Origin: an uncultured Bifidobacteriaceae bacterium
Lineage (GTDB): Bacteria; Actinomycetota; Actinomycetes; S36-B12
Assembly (NCBI GenBank): GCA_964597445.1
Contig: CAZQXO010000002.1
Span: forward strand, 10,304 to 74,303
Reading direction: 5' to 3'
DNA: 64,000 nucleotides
Position 1 is the first letter of the stretch; each line of letters starts with the position of its first letter. Position numbers and translations under genes: made by a program. This document shows, in pieces, positions 50,618 to 59,121 of this stretch. Below the pieces are notes generated by a model. That model was not told the origin of the DNA. It worked only from the letters and a program-made list of their open reading frames with translations, and did no database searches.

Positions 50618-51835
50618 CTAGTTGCCGATAGCCGACTGGAACTCCCGCTCGTACTTCTCGTTCTGCTCCGGGGTGAGAGTCATGAACACGTAGCTGTTCG
50701 AGAGCGTCTCGTCGGAGGGGAAGATCCACTGGTTGTCCACGAGCGAGGGATCGACCTCCGCCATGGCCTCCTTGGCACCCTTCACCGGGGTGATGTACTG
50801 CACGTAGGCAGCAACCTGGGCCGCCACCACCGGGTCGTAGTAGTAGTTCATCGCGAGCTCAGCGTTCTTCTTGTGCTGGGCCATGGCGGGAACGAGCATG
50901 TTGTCGGTCCACAGGGTGGCACCGGTCTCGGGAAGGGCCACGCCGTAGTCCTCACCGAGCTGGATCATGTCGCCCGACCAGCCGATGACCGCGATCACGT
51001 CGCCGCTCTCGAGCGCCGCGAGGTAATCGTTGCCGGTCACCTGTCGGATCTGGCCGCTGTCGACCTGCTGGGTCAGCAGCTCGATCGCGGCGCTGAACTC
51101 GTCATCGGTGAAGCTCGTCGGATCGGCTCCCTGGTAGGCCATGAGGATGCCCATGGTGTCGCGCATCTCCGACAGCACTGTGATCCGGCCCTTCAGAGCC
51201 GGATCGAAGAGCTGGTCGAGCGAGTTCATGGTGTCGGTGCCGATGGCCGCCTGGAGTCCGGACTTGTTCCAGCCCAGGGCACCGAATCCGGACTGCCACG
51301 GAAGGGTGTACTCGCGGTTGGGATCGAACGACACGCCCTGCCAGGCGGGGAGCAGGTTCGCGGAGTTGGGAATGAGTGCCGGATCCAGCTTCTGCGCGTA
51401 GCCGTTCTGAATCCACAGCGCCGCCATCCAGTCGGTGAGCACGACGAGGTCGCGGCCGATGTCCTGGCCCTGCTCGAGCTGCGTGCGCACCTTGGCGAAG
51501 AACTCGTTGTTGTCGTTGACATCCTCGGTGTAGGTGACCGTGATGCCGGTCTGCTCCTGGAAGGCCTCCAGGGTCGGCCGCGAGCCGGTCGCCTCGTCGA
51601 CATCGAGGTAGGCCACCCACGTCGACCAGTTCAGCGTCTTGTCGGTGTCGCTCAGATCCTCGGCCGCCGCCGCCTCTCCCGCCGTGCCGGTGCCGCTGTC
51701 ACCGCCGGCACCACAGGCGGCGGCAACCATGGCCGCGCTTCCGATCCCCGCGGCCTGCAGAAGCCGCCGTCGGGAGACGGATGACCGCATCGTCCCGGCG
51801 ATGGCGGCGATGGCCTGCGAACGGTGGTTGCTCAT
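50618..51835 (-). CDS. Second polyamine-type ABC substrate-binding lipoprotein (paralog of 46483-47655)
   Basis: Tat-like SRRRLLQAAG + lipobox AAACG. Clearly alignable with the other SBP (LPWQSGFGALGWN vs LPWQSGFTGIGWN; WTDNMLVP vs WADSMLIP). I chose the ATG at 51835 to avoid overlapping the aldehyde DH gene. Confidence 0.84.
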   Translation of the reverse strand: MSNHRSQAIAAIAGTMRSSVSRRRLLQAAGIGSAAMVAAACGAGGDSGTGTAGEAAAAEDLSDTDKTLNWSTWVAYLDVDEATGSRPTLEAFQEQTGITVTYTEDVNDNNEFFAKVRTQLEQGQDIGRDLVVLTDWMAALWIQNGYAQKLDPALIPNSANLLPAWQGVSFDPNREYTLPWQSGFGALGWNKSGLQAAIGTDTMNSLDQLFDPALKGRITVLSEMRDTMGILMAYQGADPTSFTDDEFSAAIELLTQQVDSGQIRQVTGNDYLAALESGDVIAVIGWSGDMIQLGEDYGVALPETGATLWTDNMLVPAMAQHKKNAELAMNYYYDPVVAAQVAAYVQYITPVKGAKEAMAEVDPSLVDNQWIFPSDETLSNSYVFMTLTPEQNEKYEREFQSAIGN

Positions 51836-51899
51836 GAGTCCTCCTGCGGTCGGATCGGATGCTGTGGTCGGGTCGTACGGGAGAGTGCTGGAGCGAACG

Positions 51900-53387
51900 T
51901 TACGCGGTGTCGGTGAAGATCGTGCGGTGCCATGGCTTGCGCGCCACACCCGTGATGTCGAGGGAGACGTGCTTCACGTGGGTGTACTCCTCGAATGAGT
52001 AGTCGGACATGTCCTTGCCGAAGCCGGACTGGCCGTACCCGCCATGGGGCATCTCGCTCACGATCGGGATGTGGTCGTTGATCCACACGCAGCCAGCGCG
52101 GATCTCGCGCTGGGCGCGCAGCGCCCGGAACACGTCACGCGTCCAGGCCGAGGCCGCCAGTCCGTAGACCGTGTCGTTGGCCAGGGCCAGACCCTCGTCG
52201 TCCGAGCCGAAGGGCAGCGCAGCGAGGACAGGTCCGAAGACCTCGTCCCGCACGATCTCCGAGTCCTGGCCCGCCCCCGTGATGAGGGTCGGCAGGTAGT
52301 AGGCGCCCCGCGCGAGCTCTCCACCCGGTGCGGCCCCGCCCGTCACGATGCTGGCTCCCGACGCGCGGGCGCGGTCGACGAATCCCGCCACGCGATCGGC
52401 CTGACGCTGGGACACCAGAGGACCGAGGTCCGTTGCCGGATCTTCCGGGGGTCCGACCCGGATCGTGCGGTACAGATCTGCGACGCCGTCCACGAAGGCC
52501 TGGTAGAGCGGCCTCTGGACATAGGCCCGCGTCGCGGCCGTGCAGTCCTGTCCGGAGTTGATCAGGCTGGCCGCGACGGCGCCATGGACGGCCGCCTCGA
52601 GATCGGCATCGTCGAAGACGACGAAGGGTGCCTTGCCGCCCAGTTCCAGATGGACCCGCTTGATCCCCCCCGTGGCGAGCTCCATGACCCGCTGACCCAC
52701 GGGCGTCGACCCTGTGAAGGACACCATGTCGACGTCAGGATGCGAGACCAGGTGCTCCCCGACGGTCGGACCCGGGCCCACCACCACGTTGACGACGCCC
52801 GGCGGGATGCCGACCGCCGCGCAGTCCTCGGCCAGGAGCAGCGTGGTGAGCGGCGTGATCTCCGCAGGCTTGAGCACGATGGTGTTCCCGGCCGCGATGG
52901 CGGGCAGCATCTTCCACATGGCCATCTGGAGGGGGTAGTTCCACGGCGCGATGGAGCCCACGACCCCGATGGCCTCGCGCCGGATGAGTGACGTGTGCAC
53001 CCCGTCCCACTCGGCCGAGGCCTTGCCCTCCAGCCGCCGAGCAGCGCCGGCGAAGAAGGCGACGTTGTCGATCGACCCCGGGACGTCGAACTCCGTCGTG
53101 AGCCGGATGGGCTTGCCCGTCTGCCGGGTCTCCGTCTCGGCGTACTCGGCCGCGCGCGTGCCGAGCCGGTCGGCGAGTCGCAGCAGGGCCGACGATCGTT
53201 CGACGGGGGCTGCGGAGGACCACTCCGGGAAGGCGCTCCGAGCAGCGGAGACCGCAGCATCCACGTCCGACGGGTCAGCCCAGGTGAAGGAGTCCAGTAC
53301 CTCCGCGGTGGCGGGATCGACCACGTGACCGACGGCGTCCGAGGATCCCGCCCGAGGGGCCCCCGCGACGAACACGGCCTTCGTCAT
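51900..53387 (-). CDS. NAD(P)-dependent aldehyde dehydrogenase (aminobutyraldehyde-DH-like)
   Basis: ALDH motifs ...IAPWNYPL..., ELGGKAP, and a catalytic Cys region NSGQDCTAATR. It is the first gene of the polyamine operon. Confidence 0.9.
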   Translation of the reverse strand: MTKAVFVAGAPRAGSSDAVGHVVDPATAEVLDSFTWADPSDVDAAVSAARSAFPEWSSAAPVERSSALLRLADRLGTRAAEYAETETRQTGKPIRLTTEFDVPGSIDNVAFFAGAARRLEGKASAEWDGVHTSLIRREAIGVVGSIAPWNYPLQMAMWKMLPAIAAGNTIVLKPAEITPLTTLLLAEDCAAVGIPPGVVNVVVGPGPTVGEHLVSHPDVDMVSFTGSTPVGQRVMELATGGIKRVHLELGGKAPFVVFDDADLEAAVHGAVAASLINSGQDCTAATRAYVQRPLYQAFVDGVADLYRTIRVGPPEDPATDLGPLVSQRQADRVAGFVDRARASGASIVTGGAAPGGELARGAYYLPTLITGAGQDSEIVRDEVFGPVLAALPFGSDDEGLALANDTVYGLAASAWTRDVFRALRAQREIRAGCVWINDHIPIVSEMPHGGYGQSGFGKDMSDYSFEEYTHVKHVSLDITGVARKPWHRTIFTDTA

Positions 53388-53581
53388 GGGCTCGGTGCTC
53401 CGTCCCTTCGCTTCGGCTGCTGCTGGGCCGTGTCGGTCCGACCGGCGCCTTCTCCGCGCCGCGGGATTGCCCGGCGTGCGGTGCTTGCCATCGAACCACG
53501 CGAATCGCCTGCCAGCAAGGAATTCGCCGAGGATTCCCGCGACGTCAGTCCGCGAGGCGACGGATTGCGTGGCAGGAGGGG

Positions 53582-54976
53582 TCAGACTCCCCTCAGCGTG
53601 GGACCGGTGGCCGCCGCGGTCGCGAGCGCGTCGATGACATGCGACAGGAGGGTGGTGTCGTGCTCATCGAGGATCCCGGTCGTGACGCGGACGTGCCCGG
53701 ACCCCGCCTCGGGTCGCACCATGAAGGGAGAGCCGGGTGACACCCGAACCCCGAGCGCGGCCAGCGTGATCAGCGCCGAGCGCTCGTCCGCCACGCGGAC
53801 CCAAGCATTGATCCCATCGCCCGTCGTGCTCTCCACGCCCCTCCCGGCCAGGCCCGCCCGGAGTGCCAGTCCGCGCATGGCATAGGCGCTCCGGGCCCGC
53901 CCGACAGCGGCGATGGCAGCCGGATCCGTCAGCAGCTCGAGCAGGACCGCCTGCAGGAGACGGCTGGTCCAGCCCGGTCCCAGCATGCGCCGCGCGACGA
54001 GTGGATCCAGCACCTCCGCGGCTCCTGCGACAGCGGCGATGCGGAGGTCCGGCCCATGGGACTTCGAGTAGCTGCGGATGTGCACGGTGCGATCCGGCAG
54101 GTACCGGCCCATGCTGACGTCCTCGCCAGTGGCGATCGTGCCCGAGTGATCGTCCTCGATCACCCAGGCCGAGGACCCGGCCATGGCCTCGGCCAGGTCC
54201 GATGCTCGGATCAGGCTCATGCTGATCCCGGTGGGGTTCTGGGCTCGCGGCTGGAGGAACACCGCCACGGGTTCCGCGAGAAGCGCCTCGCGGAGGCTGC
54301 TGACGACCACGCCCTCGGCATCCATCTCGAGGGGCAGGATCTCTGCGCCGGCGCGCTCGAGCAGGTCGATGAGAGGCGGGAACCCCGGATTCTCCATGGC
54401 GACGCGATCCCCGAGGCGCACGAGCTGGTCGACGACGCGGGAGAGGGCATCGAGCGCGCCGTCGACCACGGTCAGGCGCTGGGGCGGGAACGGCCAGTCG
54501 GCTCGCAGCACCTCCTCGAGGGCGGGCAGGACGGGATCGTCGAGATAGCTCGTGGTCCAGTCGGCCGAGCCGGCGAGCACGCGTTCGACCGCCTCGCGCA
54601 GAGGAGGGAGCAGGGAGGGATCCGGAGTGCCGGACGACAGGTTGATCCCCTCGGACATCGGGGCGCCGCCGATCCCCAGGTAGCGGATCGGCCGGGTCGG
54701 CTCCGCTGACTCCAGGACGAAGGTTCCCGCTCGACCGCGCGCCTGGATGGCCCCCACCGCGGCCAGCGCCTGCCAGGCCTCGCTGACCGTCGCCGGACTC
54801 ACCGCGAGTTCGCGCGCGAGGACCCGGACGGTGGGCAGCCGGTCACCCGTGGTCAGGTGACCGGCACGGATCAGTCGATGGACGCCGGCAGCGATGCCCC
54901 GAGGGGAGCGGTCGCTGACGGCGGCCGCCACCACATCGAGCAGGGCACTGTCGTCCGACACCGCATCCAGGCTCAT
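53582..54976 (-). CDS. MocR/GabR-type regulator (GntR wHTH fused to a fold-type I aminotransferase-like domain)
   Basis: The N-terminal GDRLPTVRVLARELAVSPATVSEAWQAL is a GntR HTH. The remaining ~350 aa are AAT-like (...YSKSHGPDLRIAAV... PLP-Lys region). I chose the ATG at 54976 (MSLDAV). Confidence 0.85.
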   Translation of the reverse strand: MSLDAVSDDSALLDVVAAAVSDRSPRGIAAGVHRLIRAGHLTTGDRLPTVRVLARELAVSPATVSEAWQALAAVGAIQARGRAGTFVLESAEPTRPIRYLGIGGAPMSEGINLSSGTPDPSLLPPLREAVERVLAGSADWTTSYLDDPVLPALEEVLRADWPFPPQRLTVVDGALDALSRVVDQLVRLGDRVAMENPGFPPLIDLLERAGAEILPLEMDAEGVVVSSLREALLAEPVAVFLQPRAQNPTGISMSLIRASDLAEAMAGSSAWVIEDDHSGTIATGEDVSMGRYLPDRTVHIRSYSKSHGPDLRIAAVAGAAEVLDPLVARRMLGPGWTSRLLQAVLLELLTDPAAIAAVGRARSAYAMRGLALRAGLAGRGVESTTGDGINAWVRVADERSALITLAALGVRVSPGSPFMVRPEAGSGHVRVTTGILDEHDTTLLSHVIDALATAAATGPTLRGV

Positions 54977-55008
54977 CGCACCTCCCCCGCACGCTCGGGC
55001 ACCTGACC

Positions 55009-55042
55009 GTCTCTTTGTTGAAAAGCCGTTGTAACAGAGATC
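55009..55042. promoter_or_regulatory. Locally AT-rich imperfect palindrome in the MocR / pyrimidine-cluster divergent intergenic region (candidate operator/promoter)
   Basis: gtctctttgttgaaaagccgttgtaacagagatc: the arms tctct...agaga and ttgtt/aaca are roughly symmetric. It stands out against ~70% GC surroundings and lies between divergent starts at 54976 and 55117. Confidence 0.2.
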
Positions 55043-55116
55043 CGATTGTCTAGAGTCCGGAATCACACATCCCGCACCGGTTTCGATGATCGCATCATCG
55101 CCACGAGGAGGAATCC

Positions 55117-55953
55117 ATGACCGTCATCCGTGCAGCCCTCGTCCAGACGGACTGGACCGGCGACAAGGAGTCCATGATCGTCAAGCACGAGGACTACGCA
55201 CGGGAGGCCGCCGCGCAGGGGGCTCAGGTCATCTGCTTCCAGGAGCTCTTCTACGGCCCCTACTTCTGCCAGGTGCAGGACAAGCAGTTCTACGAGTACG
55301 CCGAGGCGATCCCCGGCCCGATCACGGAGCGGTTCCAGGCACTGGCCAAGGAACTCGGCATGGTCATGGTGCTGCCCATGTACGAGGAGGAGCAGCCCGG
55401 CGTCCTCTACAACACGGCTGCCGTCATCGATGCGGACGGCAGCTACCTCGGCAAGTACCGCAAGCAGCACATCCCGCACGTCGCCGGATTCTGGGAGAAG
55501 TTCTACTTCCGTCCCGGCAACGGCGGCTACCCGGTCTTCGACACGGCCGTGGGCAAGATCGGCGTGTACATCTGCTACGACCGGCACTTCCCCGAGGGCT
55601 GGCGTGCCCTGGGCCTGAACGGGGCCCAAATCGTCTTCAATCCCTCGGCCACGTCACGCGGCCTGTCCCAGTACCTCTGGAGCATCGAGCAGCCTGCCGC
55701 AGCCGTGGCCAACGAGTACTTCGTGGGTGCCATCAACCGCGTCGGTGTCGAGCCCCTCGGCGACGATGACTTCTACGGCCAGTCCTACTTCGTCGATCCC
55801 GAGGGCAGCTACGTCGGCGACAAGGGCGATCCGTACGCCTCCGAGCTCATCGTCCGGGACCTGAACATGGACCTCCTGACTGAGGTGCGCAACCGCTGGC
55901 AGTTCTACCGGGACCGCCGCCCGGACGCCTACGACGATCTCGTCCGCCCCTAG
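55117..55953 (+). CDS. Carbon-nitrogen hydrolase, beta-ureidopropionase (N-carbamoyl-beta-alanine amidohydrolase) type
   Basis: Nitrilase-superfamily Glu-Lys-Cys triad contexts VICFQELF, YRKQHIP and VYICYDRHFPE, plus EKFYFRPGN. Directly upstream of dihydropyrimidinase. GAGGAGG SD before the ATG. Confidence 0.85.
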   Translation: MTVIRAALVQTDWTGDKESMIVKHEDYAREAAAQGAQVICFQELFYGPYFCQVQDKQFYEYAEAIPGPITERFQALAKELGMVMVLPMYEEEQPGVLYNTAAVIDADGSYLGKYRKQHIPHVAGFWEKFYFRPGNGGYPVFDTAVGKIGVYICYDRHFPEGWRALGLNGAQIVFNPSATSRGLSQYLWSIEQPAAAVANEYFVGAINRVGVEPLGDDDFYGQSYFVDPEGSYVGDKGDPYASELIVRDLNMDLLTEVRNRWQFYRDRRPDAYDDLVRP

Positions 55954-55991
55954 GCAGCACGAACCCCGCACGCCACTCGAAGGGATCAGTC

Positions 55992-57410
55992 ATGACCATC
56001 CTCATCACCAACGGCACCGTGATCTCGGCTCAGGGCAGCACCCGTGCCGACGTGCTGGTCGACGGCGAGACCATCGCTGCCGTCCTCGCTCCGGGGGACA
56101 CGTCGCTCGGAGCCGATCTCGCCCGCAGCGCGGATCGCGTGATCGACGCAACCGGCAAGTACGTCGTGCCCGGCGGCGTCGACGGGCACACGCACATGGA
56201 GATGCCCTTCGGTGGCACGGTCGCCTCCGACACCTTCGAGACCGGAACCCGGGCCGCCGCCTGGGGTGGCACGACCACGATCATCGACTTCGCCGTCCAG
56301 AAGCAGGGCGAGCGCGTGCAGGACTGCCTCGCAGAGTGGCACCGGAAGGCCGCCGGGAACTGCGCCATCGACTACGGCTTCCACCAGGTCATCGGCGGCG
56401 TCGACAGCGATTCCCTCAAGGCGATGGACGAGCTCGTCGACGAGGGGGTGACGACCTTCAAGCTCTTCATGGCCTACCCGGGGGTGTTCCTGAGCTCGGA
56501 CGGCCAGATCCTGCAGGCCATGCAGCAGGCGGCGAGCAACGGCTCGATGATCATGATGCACGCCGAGAACGGCAGCGCCATCGACGTCCTCGTGGCTCAG
56601 GCCCTCGCCGAGGGCAAGACCGATCCCAAGTACCACTCGCTCACCCGACCCTGGGAGACGGAGGCGGAGGCGGTCAACCGTGCCGTGATGCTCGCCCGCA
56701 TGACCGGGGCGCCCCTCTACATCGTCCACATGTCGGCCAAGCAGGCAGTGGAGGTCCTGCAGAAGCACCGCGACGAGGGCTGGAACGTCTTCGGCGAGAC
56801 CTGCCCGCAGTACCTGTACCTCTCGGTGGAGGAGCACCTCGCGCAGGCGGGATTCGAGGGCGCCAAGTGGGTCTGCTCGACACCCCTGCGCGAGCGGGCC
56901 GAGCACCATCAGGACGAGCTGTGGCGCTACCTGCGCACGAACGACCTGTCCGTCATCAGCACCGACCACTGCCCCTTCTGCTTCAAGGAGCAGAAGGAGA
57001 TGGGGCTCGGCGACTTCTCGAGGATCCCGAACGGCATCGGCGGAGTCGAGCATCGGATGGACCTCATCTACCAGGGCGTCGTCGAGGGGAAGATCTCCCG
57101 CGAGCGCTGGGTCGAGCTCTGCTCCACCACGCCGGCACGCATGTTCGGTCTCTACGGCCGCAAGGGCGACATTCGACCCGGGTTCGATGCCGACATCGTC
57201 ATCTACGACCCGGCAGGACGCACCGAGATCGGCGTCGGGAAGACCCACCACATGAACATGGATCACTCCGCCTACGAGGGGTTCGTCATCGACGGCCATG
57301 TGGACACCGTGCTGTCGCGCGGCAAGGTGGTCGTCGACGACAACCAGTACCTCGGGACCAAGGGCGACGGCCAGTTCCTCAAGCGCGGACTGTCCCAGTA
57401 CCTGCTCTGA
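55992..57410 (+). CDS. hydA: Dihydropyrimidinase / D-hydantoinase
   Basis: Cyclic amidohydrolase pattern: VVPGGVDGHTHMEMPF (HxH), TTFKLFMAY (carboxylated Lys), MIMMHAENG, YIVHMS, ISTDHCPF. Confidence 0.92.
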   Translation: MTILITNGTVISAQGSTRADVLVDGETIAAVLAPGDTSLGADLARSADRVIDATGKYVVPGGVDGHTHMEMPFGGTVASDTFETGTRAAAWGGTTTIIDFAVQKQGERVQDCLAEWHRKAAGNCAIDYGFHQVIGGVDSDSLKAMDELVDEGVTTFKLFMAYPGVFLSSDGQILQAMQQAASNGSMIMMHAENGSAIDVLVAQALAEGKTDPKYHSLTRPWETEAEAVNRAVMLARMTGAPLYIVHMSAKQAVEVLQKHRDEGWNVFGETCPQYLYLSVEEHLAQAGFEGAKWVCSTPLRERAEHHQDELWRYLRTNDLSVISTDHCPFCFKEQKEMGLGDFSRIPNGIGGVEHRMDLIYQGVVEGKISRERWVELCSTTPARMFGLYGRKGDIRPGFDADIVIYDPAGRTEIGVGKTHHMNMDHSAYEGFVIDGHVDTVLSRGKVVVDDNQYLGTKGDGQFLKRGLSQYLL

Positions 57411-57478
57411 CCCTCGCTCTCTCGCTCTCGACAGAGACCCAGGCCCCGCCCCAGCACCACGACGAATCAGGAGCACCC

Positions 57479-59092
57479 GTGCGCACCATCGACCACTGGA
57501 TCAAGGGATCGACCGTCCCCTCGACATCGGGGCGCAGCGGCCCCGTCTACGACCCCGCGACCGGCCAGCAGCAGGCCGTGGTGGGCCTCGCCAGTGCCGA
57601 GGAGGTCGACGACGCCGTCGCCGCCGCGGCCACCGCCTTCCGCACCTGGCGGTCCGCATCGCTCTCGAAGCGCGCCGAGGTGATGTTCCGGTTCCATGAG
57701 CTCGTCGTCCAGCATCGCGACGAGATCGCCGCGCTGCTCTCGTCCGAGCACGGCAAGGTGCCCAGTGACGCGGCAGGCGAGCTCGCCCGGGGTATCGAGA
57801 ACATCGAGTTCGCCTGCGGCATCCCCCAGCTCATGAAGGGAGGCTTCAGCGAGCAGGCCTCGACTGGCGTGGACGTGTACTCCATCCGGCAGCCCCTGGG
57901 CGTGGTCGCCGGCATCACGCCGTTCAACTTCCCCGCCATGGTCCCCATGTGGATGTTCGCGAACGCCATCGCCTGCGGAAACACGTTCGTGCTCAAGCCG
58001 AGCGAGAAGGACCCGTCCGTGGCGATCCTCCTCGCGGATCTGCTCAAGCAGGCGGGACTGCCCGACGGGGTCTTCAACGTCGTCCAGGGCGACAAGGTCG
58101 CTGTCGATCGCATCCTCGAGCATCCGGACATCGCCGCCGTCAGCTTCGTCGGATCAACGCCGATCGCGAAGTACATCTACTCGACGGGCACGGCGAACGG
58201 CAAGCGCGTCCAGGCGCTCGGCGGCGCCAAGAACCACATGGTCGTGCTTCCGGATGCCGACATCGACATGGCTGCCGATGCAGCTGTCAGTGCCGGGTAC
58301 GGCTCCGCCGGTGAGCGGTGCATGGCGATCTCGGTCGTCGTGGCCGTGGGCGGGGTCGGGGGGAGGCACCGGGGGGGGGTCGCCCCCCGCCACCCCCCCC
58401 CGCAGGTGGGGGCCCGCCCCCCAGACACCGGGGGGGTGGGGGGGTTCTTGGTCTTGTGGGTGGGGGGGGGGGGGGGGGGGGGGGCCCTCCGCGGGGCGGC
58501 GCCCCCCGCCGCCCGACTCCCCCAGCTCAAGGTGGGTCCCGGCACCGATCCGACGGCGGAGATGGGTCCTCTCATCACGCGCGAGCACCGAGACAAGGTC
58601 GCCTCGTACATCGCCGGCGCACCGGATGAGGGAGCCCGGGTCGTCGTCGACGGCCGCGACAACAACCTGCCTGCCGACGGCTTCTTCCTCGCTCCGTCAC
58701 TGCTCGACGACGTCAAGCCCGGCATGGCCGCCTACGACGACGAGATCTTCGGGCCCGTGCTCTCCGTGATCCGGGTCAACACCTACGAGGAGGCGGTCGA
58801 CCTGATCAACCGCCACCAGTACGGCAACGGCACGGCCATCTTCACGCGCGACGGCGGAGCCGCCCGGCAGTTCCAGTTCGACATCCAGGTCGGCATGGTC
58901 GGGATCAACGTGCCGATCCCTGTTCCGGTTGCCTACTACAGCTTCGGAGGCTGGAAGGCATCGATCTTCGGTGACTCGAACATCTACGGACCCGCCGGCA
59001 TCGACTTCTACACGCGGACAAAGACGGTCACGTCACGCTGGCCGGATCCGTCGACCTCCTCGGTCGACCTCGGCTTCCCCCGGACTCGCTGA
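57479..59092 (+). CDS. mmsA: CoA-acylating methylmalonate/malonate-semialdehyde dehydrogenase, interrupted in-frame by an anomalous G/C-homopolymer segment
   Basis: VRTIDHWIKG..., ITPFNFPAMVPMWMF, FVLKPSEKDP, ALGGAKNH, catalytic SAGERCMAIS, and C-terminal INVPIPVPVAYYSFGGWKASIFGD...VTSRWP are all MmsA hallmarks. GTG start at 57479 with AGGAG upstream. The product is ~537 aa, versus the ~500 aa I expect for the family. Confidence 0.85.
   Translation: MRTIDHWIKGSTVPSTSGRSGPVYDPATGQQQAVVGLASAEEVDDAVAAAATAFRTWRSASLSKRAEVMFRFHELVVQHRDEIAALLSSEHGKVPSDAAGELARGIENIEFACGIPQLMKGGFSEQASTGVDVYSIRQPLGVVAGITPFNFPAMVPMWMFANAIACGNTFVLKPSEKDPSVAILLADLLKQAGLPDGVFNVVQGDKVAVDRILEHPDIAAVSFVGSTPIAKYIYSTGTANGKRVQALGGAKNHMVVLPDADIDMAADAAVSAGYGSAGERCMAISVVVAVGGVGGRHRGGVAPRHPPPQVGARPPDTGGVGGFLVLWVGGGGGGGALRGAAPPAARLPQLKVGPGTDPTAEMGPLITREHRDKVASYIAGAPDEGARVVVDGRDNNLPADGFFLAPSLLDDVKPGMAAYDDEIFGPVLSVIRVNTYEEAVDLINRHQYGNGTAIFTRDGGAARQFQFDIQVGMVGINVPIPVPVAYYSFGGWKASIFGDSNIYGPAGIDFYTRTKTVTSRWPDPSTSSVDLGFPRTR
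58355..58512 (+). other. Anomalous ~160-nt low-complexity G/C-homopolymer block inside mmsA (G9, C6, C9, G7, G7, G23 runs)
   Basis: Read directly: G9 at 58371-58379, C9 at 58393-58401, G7+G7 at 58430-58444, G23 at 58462-58484. Only ~20 A/T by hand count. It encodes ...GGRHRGGVAPRHPPPQVGARPPDTGGVGGFLVLWVGGGGGGGALRGAAPPAA..., which replaces the short conserved linker before LKVGPGTDP. Confidence 0.9.
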
Positions 59093-59121
59093 CCCCTCAC
59101 CCCTCCACCGGAAGGCAGCAC

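Noticed and set aside
56336-57478. N-terminal 381-codon extension of the mmsA reading frame (track ORF 56336-59092, 918 aa)
   Set aside because: The extension overlaps dihydropyrimidinase in another frame and translates to Arg/Pro/Gly-rich junk. MmsA homology begins at VRTIDHWIKG, with a GTG at 57479 preceded by AGGAG.
58355-58512. Possibility that the G/C-run block in mmsA is a CRISPR array, an intein, a mobile-element remnant or a natural Gly-rich linker
   Set aside because: It has no repeat-spacer periodicity, no intein splice motifs or sufficient length, and no terminal repeats or transposase. The composition (homopolymer runs of both G and C) does not resemble codon-structured Gly/Pro linkers such as the one in infB. 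I kept it as an anomaly finding instead.
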